From Octopus sinensis (taxonomy: Eukaryota): DNA of 64,000 nt. The position numbers and the translations under genes were made by a program. Where the stretch lies: assembly GCF_006345805.1 (NCBI RefSeq), contig NC_042998.1, positions 157,604,001 to 157,668,000 of the forward strand. The letters are read 5' to 3'. The notes below the pieces were generated by a model that worked only from the letters and a program-made list of their open reading frames with translations, had not been told where the DNA came from and did not search any database. Positions 1 through 13,119 of the stretch are shown here, piece by piece. Every line of letters starts with the position of its first letter. Within the stretch, counting starts at the first letter, position 1.

Positions 1-120
1 TGATGTACCGCTCACGGCGACGCTGGAGGGAGTAAAGTTTCAAGGCTTTAAGGCGATCCCAATAGTCGATCCCAAAAGTATATTTATTAATTCATTATTT
101 TATTGTTCTAGTTTATTTTT

Positions 121-207
121 AACCTGATGAGTGACTATATTTATATCCAAGTGATTTCTCTACTACTATAATCATTTCTTAAATATAGCCACGAAACACA
201 TGTCGTT
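121..207 (+). ncRNA. Type I hammerhead ribozyme motif (Penelope-type, long helix II)
   Basis: aac-CTGATGA(124-130), helix II gtgactatattt(131-142)/aaatatagccac(181-192), GAAA(193-196), C-ACAT-G, GTC cleavage triplet (202-204), gtt closing a 3-bp helix I. Confidence 0.7.
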
Positions 208-304
208 TTTCTACCTATTATATACGTTATTATTATTTTTTGCAATTTATTTAATCTTTGACATTTTATTGTTATTTCAATTTCAATTTTTCTATTATAT
301 GTAA

Positions 305-821
305 CTAGCAGTATCGCCCGGCGTTGCTCGGGTTTGTAAGGGAAATAACTATATAAGCATTTTTAGAGAGTTACTTCCCTTATAGATGCCAATTCGGGCT
401 TTCTTAGCCATTTCTGTTTTGGTGTCTTCAAGCCATGAAGTCGTTGTTCTAAAAGAACGCTGGTCTCCTTGACAACGCTTTACGACGTTGATTTCCTTAC
501 ACTCCCTTCCCCACAGCTTCACGAGGGAGGGAAGAAGGGGGAGAAGCAAACACAGGTGCAGGTGTTTGAGCGTGGACGCCAACTCCGCCGCCATTGACAC
601 ACGAAAAATTATGCATTGAAATGGAATAAAAAATGATGTTAAATTATTTTTAAAATCGTAGACTCATTGTAGACGCGCACTAATAGCCAGACGGGCTCGA
701 TATTAATCACGACTATAAGATACCCGAATTTGGTTAAACTGCACCGCAAAATGTGGGAGGAGTTAGGAATCTAAATCGAAGGGAACAGACACTCACACAA
801 CTACAGTTTTATATATATAGA
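305..821 (-). mobile_element. Non-autonomous Helitron
   Basis: Minus strand starts TC(tatatatataaaa) at 821 and ends CTAG at 305; subterminal hairpin cccgagcaacgccggg (317-332); sits between A and T with no TSD. Confidence 0.8.
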
Positions 822-1439
822 TTTTACAACTTATAAACAAGGGCAAAAGAAAAAATTCCAATGCCAAATATGCCGAAATATAGACTTAATCGTCAATAAC
901 CATATAATTTATCACTATAAGCACGCGTCTCAAAAGTAAGCCAATAGAAATTTCTAAAAAATTCGTTATTATCGGATTGGTACCAATTTCTGAGTTAATT
1001 CATTTAGAATTTTCTCATCATCGGCGATAAATACGATAAGAAAATTAATTAGATACTTACTTGTACCCATGGAAGAAGTAAATACTAAGTCATGAGCACA
1101 TTTAAGTACCCCAAATATATCCAAAATAGAAATCCAACAGTATACCTCAAGCCACGTGTGATCGGACTGAAAATTCTCATAGAGTGAGAGGGTCCGGAAG
1201 TGAATACATAAATGCATACATCTCGCAATCGGAATCTGTCCAGATACCAATCTCGAACATCTAAACGTTCTTAGTTAAATTATATTTTACATTATTCTCT
1301 GTATGAAGATATCATGTGGTTCATGCAATTTTACCAGTAACTTAGAGTGATATAAAAAGAAAAGCCCTCGGTGACTGTGTTACATAAAGAGACACCTACT
1401 CCGAATTACAGCAACTGAATTATGTTTAAATTTTTTAAT

Positions 1440-2460
1440 CAATTATAATAGTATAACGTAGGAAGTGCATTTAAGTTGTTAAATATCGCGAGGAATACAA
1501 ATTCTACATAAAAAAATAAAACAAGAACGTTTTACTCGTTTAACGGTGCATAAAGAACAAATAAATCTCCCGGAATACCGACAAATTCCACTGAGTGACC
1601 ACTTAGACTCATGTGCTAAAGACTTAAACCCCAAATTCTATATATTCCCCTTCTACCAATGTAAAGACGGGATCACCACACAGGAGAGAATTAACAAGGA
1701 GAATCTCTTTATTGAAAAATTCCAAACACAACTTAATATGCAAACTCCTCGTTGATCAAACTTCCTTTCTCTACCTCACTCTTCATGGATGGACTAACAC
1801 AAATATATAAAGATACCATGCATTCATCACTTCAAGCTAAAACTTATATTCTTTAAATATCATTTTTACTATTGTTGTTATTACTATCATTTTTATTATA
1901 AATGATATGACAATTTGAAATGCAATTGTCTATGCAGATTTATATTATTAGAAAATAATATAAATAAAGTGTTAAAATCTGAAAGTTAAGTTAACAAGCA
2001 ATTATATAAAAAAGATAATGCAAATGAAGCTAAAATGATAGTTTTATAATTTGGGTTTTATTGAAGAACTCAAAAGAGTTGTCTCCCCTTACTCACAACA
2101 CAGGAACTGAAGAACCAGGACCACAATTACTACTACTTCCTGTCCTGCAAACATGCTGAATTTAACAACACAACACATGCTCTTAATCCCTTTGGATCTT
2201 AACACCTCAAGGTAATTTTTTCGTAAACAACCATAAAACTCAAGATACACAACGAACTCACAATGTATCGGAGAACTTATTTTTTAATTTTTGTACATTT
2301 TTATCATTATTCTTTTACAAAAAACAATGCAATTTTCTTTTTTTCCCCTTTCTAATTTTAAAAAAAAACTTCTTAAAACATAAATATTCTTGACAAGTCA
2401 TACAATGACGAAAACCGGTTGAATAAATATATATTTATATATTTTATCAATTTCTCATTT
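1440..2460 (+). mobile_element. Penelope-like element 3' fragment (GIY-YIG C-terminus plus 3' UTR/pLTR)
   Basis: ORF 1546-1755 (RLTVHKEQI...PLSDHLDSC...FYIFPFY...ERINKENLFIEKFQTQLN) fits the PLE GIY-YIG tail; HHR motif at 2385-2425. Confidence 0.7.
2385..2425 (+). ncRNA. Minimal type I hammerhead ribozyme, U3:A8 core variant
   Basis: Helix I tattc/gaata, core TTGACAA (2390-2396), helix II gtcat/atgac, GAAA (2410-2413), palindromic AACCGGTT helix III region. Confidence 0.65.
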
Positions 2461-2594
2461 TATTAAAATTTTCTTTCATTTGAGCATTCTGCATTTAAAA
2501 AAAAATTTTTCCTTACTTATCATTTCTCCATGTGCGGTCAACACAACCCCACCATTTATTGATCTATATATATATATATATACATATATATGTA

Positions 2595-2916
2595 TGAGGA
2601 GACTCCCTCCGGTCATGAATGACCATGGGATTGCACCTAGAAAGTTACCCTCCGAGACACAAATCCGGGCAAGGTAGTTTGTGGAAGGCCAGCAGTCGCC
2701 TATGCATACCAGCCTCCCCTCTCCACACCAAGGGAAAGGCAAAGGCCGATACAGTTTGGCACCAGTGATGTTGCAACTCATCTCTACAGCTGTGTTAACT
2801 GGAGCAACGCGAAATAAAGTGTCTTGCTGAAGAACACACACGCAGTCCGGTCCGGGAATCGAACTCACAACCTCACGATCGTAAGCTCGACGCTCTGACC
2901 ACTGAGCCATGCGTCT
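2595..2916 (-). mobile_element. tRNA-derived SINE (family B)
   Basis: Minus-strand head gcatGGCTCAGTGGtcagagcg...GTTCGATTCCcgg with Pol III A and B boxes, then a body containing gcaagacacttt; flanked by (TA)n and (CA)n. Confidence 0.85.
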
Positions 2917-2974
2917 TCACACACACACACAACACACACACACACACACACACGCGCGCATGTATATACATATA

Positions 2975-3128
2975 TACGACATGCTTCTTTCAGTTTCCAT
3001 CTACCAAATCCACTCACAAGGTTTGGTCGCCCCAAGTCTATAGTAGAAGACGCTTACCCAAGGTGTCACGCAATGGGACGGAACCGGGAACCATGTGGTT
3101 GGTAACCAAGCTACACACCACACAGTCT
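2975..3128 (-). mobile_element. SINE family A, 5' fragment
   Basis: Homologous to the heads of the full copies at 11635, 37826, 43071 and 51841. Confidence 0.8.
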
Positions 3129-3774
3129 CTCTATTTCTTATATCTGGAGACATAGAGACGATTGCATATATTTCATTTACTTATAGAAATATATAGGGGA
3201 ATTGCCAAAGAAAATCTTACTATGAAAGTGATGTTATTTTCATCTACATTTAATTACATGTATATAATTTCCTATGTCTGGAGAAAACGCCCTAGAATGT
3301 TGTAACAGATTTATATCCTTCGGTTAGACACTAGCATTCGGTCTGGTTTTTAGTTTGACTCCTTCCTTCTCTTTCATTATTCTCACAAGTCCTATAAAGG
3401 GTCATGGGCACTGCTTCTCTCTTGAATAAAAAATAATAACACATACACACGCGCGCACAGCTAGATGCAGGCATACACATACACGCTCTCCCCCATACAC
3501 ACATGCATAGGCACGTCTTCCATATTTATCATGTATACTTTGTCACGGCCCTTTATACCTTAACTGTTCTCTGAGCATTTATATTCTGTTTATTGTGAAC
3601 TAGTGCATCAGGTTAGACAAGCTAGTTTATGTTATATTTAACATTTTGTGTCAAATATCATTTACACACACTCACACACAAACATGCACACGCATACATA
3701 CACACATGTATGTATGTATGAATTTATGTATGTATGTATGTATTTATACCTACACATAAATATATTTGTGTTCT

Positions 3775-3824
<50 letters not shown>

Positions 3825-4741
3825 ATATATATATATTAAATATATCTAAAAAAAAAAAAAGAAGGCCTGTTTAAATGTACGTGTCATCAAAACTTGTTCT
3901 TGTGATTTGTGTCAAAATCTTGTTTAAAAAATATACTTTTCATTTCGACTTTCTCAGATATTCCGATTTATCTTGCCTGAATGTCTTCCAAGTAGATTTT
4001 ATTCAATCACTTTCCCAATATGTTGTTGGTATCTCTTCATTTTCTCATCTAGGTTCTGGTTTTATTATGCTTTTATTTTTTGACAGTCGTTTTTGATTTG
4101 TTTTGTTTACAATGTTCCCTTGATTCATTTTTATCGTCCACTTTCTCTTTCAAACTTTCGTTTTTCTTTAACTCCTTCCCACTGTGTTTCATATGTTTAT
4201 CTACTTTGATCAGTTGTCTTTTATCTTTCAAACGCTTTCAAGTGTATTTATAGATGTTTCTCTCCTGCTGTACATCGTTTTCAAACCAACTTGTACGCAT
4301 TTCCCAGGTTACTATTTTGTTATCGGATATTTAGTGCTTACATGCTATTCATGTTCAACAGATTGAAAACAAAAAAGAAAATAAACATCGCAGACAATAG
4401 AATTCTAGATTTTGCATCAAAGAAATAGTAAATCCAATCGTTTTTTTTTTAACTCAGCTCACACTGTCATGGGACTACGACCGTTTAATTCACTATTCTG
4501 TAACTTGCAGTTAATTTGAATGAATTTGATGGATGAGATAGAAATTTGTTTTGTCAAGAGTCATGCTTTTTATTTCTCAGATGGAAGACAGTGAATGACC
4601 TTGCACATAAATACGGCAAAATATCTACGCTTTAATTAAGGGTTCTATATCCGCCACAGGCAGAGTCATTAAGCGTATCTGAAGTGTCAGTGGTTCAGTA
4701 AAATATCAGTCGTGCACAGTCTTCAGCATATTATTATTCAC

Positions 4742-4810
4742 ATCTCTGCCTGGAACTGAACTCGGAATCTTGGGTTTAGTAGCCCGCGCTCTTAACCACT
4801 ACGCCATATG
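4742..4810 (-). repeat. Inverted copy of the tRNA-like head of the adjacent SINE
   Basis: Reverse complement reads atatggcgtagtggttaagagcgcgggctactaaacccaagattccgagttc, matching 4829-4880. Confidence 0.85.
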
Positions 4811-4828
4811 TCCGTTGTTAAGAGCGCT

Positions 4829-4903
4829 ATATGGCGTAGTGGTTATGAGCGCAGGCTACTAACCCCAAGATTCCAAGTTTAATAATTCGAGGCAGTGACC
4901 TGA

Positions 4904-4963
<60 letters not shown>

Positions 4964-5150
4964 TCGAAAAATACCTTAGGAATGAGAACCCAGGTTCGAA
5001 ATTTCCCCAAGGCACCTGATGAAGGCTGGGGGGGGGGGGTATATCTGCTGAAATGCTGTGTTAACAACAAACAAGATAAGGACAAATATCCGTCAAATGT
5101 AAATAATGTAAATAATGTACATAATTCCTTATCTCTTAAATATAGACCTG
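4829..5150 (+). mobile_element. tRNA-headed SINE carrying a hammerhead motif (family H)
   Basis: A box tggcgtagtgg, anticodon-like loop ctactaa, internal (AAT)n, then ggcac-CTGATGA(5016-5022)-aggctg...GAAA(5050-5053)...gtgtt and a (taaataatg) tail; related copies at 49672-49910 and 51791-52262. Confidence 0.75.
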
Positions 5151-6632
5151 AAACGGATTAATATTTGAAGTTTTTGTGCAGGTAATATGAATTGAGGAAT
5201 GATTAGCATATATGTAAATTGGCACATTCTCTCGAGGCGGAGATAATTTTAATATATCGAGTATTTATGTTGTATGTTAATTAGTATATCTGATTTTGTC
5301 TATTTTTTTCAAATCATGCTACTGGACACTTTGACCTAGTTTCCTTAGCTCATTTTAATTAACACACACTTGCAACCACACACATAAACACATACACACG
5401 CACACATGATATTTATCTTTGTTGTTAAAATACACGTCACTATCCACACTTTCTTATTTCTCTAAGTTCATTCATGTTTAAATTATGCAAATCACCTTGG
5501 CTATGCACAAGCACTTTTTCTTCTGCATGTTCGAGTAGTTATACTTAATAACAACACACGACTACTTAACATATGTCTCAGGAATACAGAAAAGCATTGA
5601 AATCATTCCTATGTATCACTTTCATTCTTAAACTTATACTAACACCCCCCCTCTCTCCACGCATATTCATTAATGACTGAACTGAAAAAAGAAACACAAA
5701 TAAATATAGTAATGACTGTTATGATATATTCCATTCTATTAAATCATACCTTCTTTGTGTCAATCGTTATTTGCTTTATTCATCTTCACACGTTCTTTCA
5801 CGTATGATGGTGTATGAACTTCAAGAATCAGAGTGGAATCAGTGGATATCTGATGTGCGATTACGCGTATGATAGATGTAGAAATATGAAAATAGCAAGC
5901 CAATATAAGCAAGAATAAATGTTTCAGTTGTTAGTTCTATGATCAGAAAGATAAAAATATCATACTGTTTCAAACACAAGCTTGGCATCAGCAGGTTGAA
6001 CGAAGGTAGAGATGGAAAAAAATAAAAAATAAAAATAGAAAGGTAAATAAAAATTACGAAAACAACTATTTAATGTGCGAATCCTAAATTCCATTGAAAA
6101 TGATATATTCACGCTGTTAGATTACATTTCAATCAAAAACATCACTGCCTGAAGAATGAAAAATTGATCATAGTAAAATTCTATGACAAACACTCGCACC
6201 CTACGTCTTCGAGTTGATTGTAATCGATTTTAATCTTATCTTCTTTAAGAATACATTAGCTAGCAGGTATATTTATCAAAGTATTTTTTCTGTATATTTC
6301 TTCATTTATCCGAAAAGTTTTGTACGAATCATCAGATATTCAGATATTAATGTTTTTAATCCAGCTTTACAAATATAATTTACTCCACAATGGGTTCAAT
6401 ATTGTTTCTTTCTGTAATATGTTAAAATATAAGAATTGTTTAATTTGAAAATGTTAGATAATTATTGTGCACATCTGTATTTTCTTGTTCTTCAAATTTT
6501 GTTTCCTATTTCTCAGACTATATATTCCATTATCAGGTACCATAGTTTCATAAATTTCCATTATTCGTTAAATTTAGATGAGCTGTATAAGAAAAAGGAA
6601 TAAGATCTAATTCTTATTTTTAGTATATTTAA

Positions 6633-6736
6633 GTACTAGTATATATCAAACACCATTCTCAAAATATAGAAGCTTTTTATGAATATTTATTTCAACTCAA
6701 TATCTTTTGAGAATGGTGTTTGATATATACTAGTAC
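6633..6736. repeat. Perfect 32-bp inverted repeat with 40-nt spacer
   Basis: gtactagtatatatcaaacaccattctcaaaa (6633-6664) is the exact reverse complement of 6705-6736. Confidence 0.9.
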
Positions 6737-9700
6737 CAATTTCAGATACACATGACTTTCTGATATAGGTTCAAGACCAAAAATTTTAGAGGAAGGGTAT
6801 CCTTAACCAATTCATACTTGATGTTATCGATCTTTTATGAAGGAAACGTAAGTTCCAACCCAATAAACTCAGATCACAAAGGGTGTAACTAATACTGTGA
6901 ATGTCATTATAATCCAAGCACCTGAAATATTGAATATTTATGAAATACATATTTATTCATTTTTTTACGAGTTTTTTAATTAACACACGACGACAAAGCA
7001 CAACTGATTTTGTTTTGGCATAAATGGGAAAAAATTCAAGTTAAATAGAAAAACTATTAGTTCTAAATCTCAGAAAGTACTGAATAAATTGACCTGGATA
7101 CATTCTACACTAATAAATAAAGCACATTTTTGTTAAAGAAACGCTTGTCGTTTCCTTTACTTTTAAATTTGAATTTCTCATGCTTAAAGTAGGCAATTCA
7201 GTTGGTAGAATTATATTAGAGAGATTACTATTTCCAAGATAGCAAAGCCGTCACAAATTTTTGACTTTGATCAACTGATGCACAAATTGATAACAGCCAA
7301 CACTAATGGAGCATAGTAAAAGAAAAATTGGTTCTAATATTCGGTACCAGATGAAAAGCAAGTTGCCTGGATTATTGGTATAAATAGTTAAACGAAACAA
7401 AGTGATAGGGTCTCCAGCAAAGTTTAAAATAGAAACTGTTGAACCTAACAAATTATTGAAGAATACGAACTGGAACAATTTTTGTGGATTGCTTTATCTT
7501 GACTAAAATATTTTCCTTCGATTTAAAGTTGTACATTTTCATTCAATACGGCAACATTAGAAACGCATACTAACATCACGTTTGACTATACTAACTTAAC
7601 TAAATGTAATGGCGCTTACTTTTTGGTTCTATGGTATATATGCGTTGGTATAAAAAAGGTTTGCTTAAACAACATTTCCACTTTGCTTGATAATATATTT
7701 ATGTATATGTGTATGTGCATATATGTGTATATGTATATATACTTATGTGTGTGTGCGCGTGTCTGTATACATATATACACAAACACACACCTACGCATAT
7801 ACACGCACATATACATGCACACACACGCGCGCGCACACACACAATATCTAGAGAGATGCGGTGTCAAAAGTCATATGGATAATAGGAACATATAATAAAA
7901 GCTCAGAATAAACCTTTCAAAACATTCTGATTTCAACATAAATCGATATTTTAGGCCAACTACAGACCGGCATACTTCTCGTCGACGTGATTAATGGTGA
8001 TTGTAATTCCTATAACTTTCCCTTACTTTTCTCTACCTCCTTACCTTAAATTATACTCATTTATTATTTTAGAATTTATTTTTATTAAGTAATTTTGCCG
8101 TTTCAGCTTTGCAGGACGAGTATTACCTACATAATCGGACTGACACTGATGAGTTCTATGTTAAAAATATCTTTAAGTTCTCTATTAAACTTAATGCTTT
8201 CCTCCATAACTTAACAATTTCCAGACCGATATGTGCAAGTCTTCTAGCTGGATACCCTGTACAAGATCTAACTGTTATCTCCTGATCCATCTCTTTCACT
8301 CTTTTTGATGTACAGCTCTATTTTACCCCTACCTGTCTGATGTTGACCATTTGCCTAAATCAACCATCCAGTAGTACAAAGTCTTTACAGGTATGGTATG
8401 TCTACTTATCAGCTATTCATTTTCTTTACCACCCTAAATTCTCGTTCATACCACCCCTTCACTACTTTAAGGCTAAGCCACTCCTACTTATCATCTCTTC
8501 TTGACACACCCTTCCCTTCTTTCTCCATCCATTCTCACCCTTTTCTTCTTTTCTATGTTTCTCGAGTAACAAACTCTCGTGTCTTTGAACATCTCCGGAT
8601 CTTTATCCTCGTCAGTCATCTGGTACATTTCACCAGCATGTCTTCCTTTTCCAATTGACCCATTGATCTACATACCTCTTTATTTAGATATATTCTACTT
8701 TCTTCTGACAACGGAATGTATTGCTTATCACATTCATTGTTAGATCTGCATCACGTAAGCAGATCTGAGTCTTTGTGGTGCTCTTCCGCAGGACTCTACC
8801 CGAAGCACTTATCTACAGCGAAGCGCAAACAAACAAAACACATACATTGAGTATGTACGGTCGATAATGTTTAAAACAATAGCACTGCGTTTAACTCGTT
8901 ATTGAATTTAATCTTACGCATGCCTAACAGTAGCATACCAGCAAATAGTTTTTACACTGTCTATATATATGGTTATAGACTGGCGATTCGATTCGTCCCT
9001 GGTTCGATTCAAGATCGTGATATTGCTAAGCCATGAAAACGGCGAAATATCAGTATCCATCGCTCCTGAATTCGATCAGAAGTGGGTTGTCTCGCCTGTC
9101 TGTAATTTTTATGTGTTTCAACATCCAGTGTAATGAGGAAATCGTGCCGCAAACCCCACGCTGCAGCGAACCGGCGAAGGAATAAAACACACACATTTAG
9201 TATTTACAGCGCTAATGCTGTTTTTAAATCGTTATTGAATACATGTATACTTGCACGCGCACTAATGAAGTGTTTCTGTTCCAATTACCTTAAGATTCCC
9301 GCTTAATTGTTGCAATATGTGACATTCACTGGCTTAATGGAACCTACAAGAAAATCATAATTCCAGAAACATTCTTCAGCTATTTTTAAAGTTGAAAATA
9401 ATCCACACTTGGATTGTTTTAGAATTGGCATCAAATCGTCAATGTATAAATTTATTCACATTCTGTTTCTCTATATATGCTGGAAAAATGCGAGAGTCGG
9501 ATTAGACGACCAAGGTCTGTCTGCAATAACAGCATTAAAAGTTGATTCTAATAAATGAAGCTCTCTCAGCCGACTAATATGTATTAGCAATGAGAAATTT
9601 CCAAACGTATATAGTGGAATATTCGATATGTGTTAGCGTGTAAATGTTAAATTGAAAAGCTGTTTTTCTTGAAATATTGAAAATTCCTTCATAAAAACTT

Positions 9701-10803
9701 CAAACTAGGTTTACAGTTTGTTATCTTCATACTTTTATGATGCTTATGCAATAAAAGGTCTTTGTGTAGGTATAGTGAGAGTGGCAAAACACACTCGATG
9801 GATTGAAGGAAATAACCGAACCGAACTAGTGGAGTGTCAAGGGAATCTGTTTAGCCGAACAGAAAATCGATTTAAGATCTAAGTTAAGACCATAATTGAT
9901 GATAGCAAATGTTAACTATTAAGTGCTGAATACATCCGTTCAAGATTTATAAATGTGAAATCTTGGCCTTCCACCTAATTTTCAGCTCATGTTCATCTTT
10001 TCACTTTTCGTCGTCGTTACCGTCAACACGATTGTCGCTTCTCGTCTACGTTACGATTATCATCAACATTATCGTCATCATAGTCAGCAGCAGCACCACC
10101 ACCACCACCTTCCTCTTCTTCCTTCTTCTCTTCTTCTCCTTCATCATCATTCAATTGTTAGTGTTGTGATTGATGTCGTCATTTCCATGTAATTGTGAAA
10201 TTGATTATTTAATTATCTAGAAAATCAGTGTACATGAATCATTTGCAAACAATCCAATCGTAAAGCTGCTATCATGTAATTGTAGAAGGCACTGAACATT
10301 TGTAAGAGTATATTGACCGAAATATTCTATTATTGAATGAAATAACAATATAATTTCTTTTAAAATGTCTGCTACGACAAAGGTTTTGGAATAAAAAATA
10401 AGTTATCTTTATATCGAGAAAAAGTAGATTAGTATATTTTTGGTGACAGTAAGGGTGATGATTATTATCACGGAAAAAAAGAATGATCGATGAGTGTAGC
10501 AAATATATCAGTAGCAAGAACACTGATAACGGTGCTGCCGATGATGATGGGGATAATGAGTACCATGATCATAAAAACTATGACGATGACGATGGTGATG
10601 ATTGTCAAAAAGGTATAAAACCAAAAGAAGAGTAAAAGATAATACAAAGTAGAGCAAAAATAAAGGCGGAAAAGCCAGAATATCTAAAAATAAAATGATG
10701 ACTCTTTATGAATGTAAAACATAGAAAGCATACACGGACGCAGATTTGCGAATACATACACATACACACTTTATCTCTCCCACTCTCTCTATCTGTCGCA
10801 CAG

Positions 10804-10911
<108 letters not shown>

Positions 10912-11300
10912 AGCTTGTTGCAAAGAATTTGTAAACGAACACAATTACTTCTCTATATTAGTCAGCATACAGAACTGGTTTTTCGACGAAATTGACATTT
11001 GTTAAACTATATAATCTTCCTGAATTAGAATCTTATGATGGTGAGTTATCGATTCAAATTTAACTTGAAATTTAACTCACTCTATCATGAAATAGTTCGA
11101 GTAGCTAAGGGATAAAACATCAGATTTGGCTAGAAAACACGGATTTATTTATTCCCTTATATACCCACAACTTACATAATAACTCTCCTCTTCTGCTAGT
11201 TGGCTTGGACTTATGTCCGACAAACTGAGATCAAATCTCCACCATAAAAAAACTGAAGTGTACGTGTATGGTTTGCATCATAATATAAATATCTACAATT

Positions 11301-11516
11301 AGGCGGCGTGTTGACTGAATCGTAAGCAGGTTGAGCAAAATGCTTAGCGGCATTTCGTCCGTATTTACGTTCTGGTTTCAAATTCTACCGGCACCGATTT
11401 TTCCTTTCATCCTATTGGGGTCGAGAAATTAGGTACCAGTTGAGCACTGCGGTCGATGTAATTGACCGGTCCTCCTCCGAAATTACTGTTCCTGTGCTAA
11501 AATTTCAAACCAATAT
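11301..11516 (+). mobile_element. tRNA-derived SINE family C (Nin-domain-like)
   Basis: ggcggcg...ggtttcaaattc B box; conserved cctttcatcct..ggggtcga.aaatta.gtaccag block. Confidence 0.8.
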
Positions 11517-11634
11517 GAATATCTACACTAAACCTATCTGGAATCGTGTAAGCGTTTCTCACCAAGAATACAATATTTGGGGGAAACATTTCATAGCTAC
11601 ATGAAATTTGGCGCTCACATAATATTTACGTCAT

Positions 11635-12037
11635 AGGCGCAGGAGTAGCTTGTTTACCAACCACATGGTTCCGGGTTCAGTCCCAATGCGTGGCACCTTG
11701 GGCAAGTGTCTTCTACTATAGCCTCGGGCCGACCAAAACCTTGTGAGTGGATTTGGTAGACGGAAACTGAAAGAAGCCCGTCGTATATATATGTGTATAT
11801 ATATATATATATGTGTGTGTGTGTTTGTGTGTCTGTGTTTGTCCCCCTAGCATTGCTTGACAACCAATGCTGGTGTGTTTATGTCCCCGTTACTTAGCGA
11901 TTCGGCAAAAGAGACCAATAGAATAAGTACTGGGCTTACAAAAGAATAAGTCCCGGGGTCGAGTTGCTCGATTAAAGGCGGTGCTCCAGCATGGCCGCAG
12001 TCAAATGTCTGAAACAAGTAAAGAGAGAGAGAGAGAG
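11635..12037 (+). mobile_element. tRNA-derived SINE family A, near full length
   Basis: aggcgcaggag head, gggttcagtccc B box, internal (TA)/(TG) tract, tail ggcggtgctccagcatggccgcag...gaaacaagtaaaaga. Confidence 0.9.
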
Positions 12038-12751
12038 TATATCTGTTACCTATATAGGACTAGAAATCTTCAGAGAGAGCAAAAATGCAAAACATCTGAT
12101 TCACTATTTTATCATTTGTATTTTGGATTCTTGAAATCATTCTTCTACCGAAATTAACAAAGCATAGCTTAAAAAGTTTCAAAACTTTCAAAATATCTGT
12201 GTCACCCACTTTTTTTAATACATCCAAGTAACAGTGAATATGCTACAAGATTCACTGAACCTCGTTGGCTACTTTTATATTTTCAAATAAAAATTGAAAT
12301 ATGTACTTTTATTGCTCATAAGTATGGGTTAGATCTCCATCTAAATATTCGAAAAGTCTTTTAAGATTACCTCCTGTAGCCTTCGTATTTGCATCACAGA
12401 ATTTCAGGTCTGAAACAGCGAGGCCTTTCCTCAGCTAACGACAACCACGTATCTAGTGAAGCCTTTGCCTGTATCACAACATGCTACTACAATATGATAA
12501 TGTCATATTAAATGATATTTCGTAACAAATTAACTACATATTTTCAGAATATCTTTAAGAAAAAAAAATTATTTATCGTTACATTTTCGTTGTATGAAAT
12601 AATCCAATGGCTTTGGTTGTCTACATATATGCTGATTATGGTTTTGTCGAAATATTTTGCGGAAATGGGATTAATGATATCGACGACGATGATTGATGAT
12701 GAAGATGTAGAAGAGGATAACATCAGCAAAAACAACAACAACAACAATAAT

Positions 12752-12968
12752 AATCCTTTCTATTGTACGTACAAGGCCTGAAATTTGTGGAGAGGAGACT
12801 AGTCGATTATATCGACCCCAGTGTTTCACTGGTACTTAATTTATCAACACTGGAAGGATGAAAGGCAAAGTCGACCTCGGCGGAATTTGAGCACAGATAG
12901 TGGAAACTGACAAAATGCCGCTAGGCATCTTGCCCGGCGTGCTAACAATTTTGCCAGCTTTCTGCCTT
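12752..12968 (-). mobile_element. SINE family C
   Basis: Reverse complement of the 11301 and 63532 family. Confidence 0.85.
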
Positions 12969-12987
12969 ACTACTACTACTACTACTA

Positions 12988-13023
<36 letters not shown>

Positions 13024-13119
13024 CACTGCTGCTGCTGCTGCTACTACTACTACTACTACTACTACTACTAATAATAATAATAATAATAATAACACAAACA
13101 AACAGACAGAAAAATTAAC

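Noticed and set aside
2845-2916. Functional tRNA gene (also 4829-4900 and 18330-18400)
   Set aside because: A/B boxes are present but continue into repeat bodies without a proper acceptor stem or terminator; these are SINE heads.
8145-8175. CTGATGAG near 8147
   Set aside because: No downstream complementary stem or GAAA.
8800-9245. Diverged direct repeat (aaaacaca.acatt.agtat..ac / tcgttattgaat) about 350 bp apart
   Set aside because: Too short and degenerate to assign; probably an old repeat relic.
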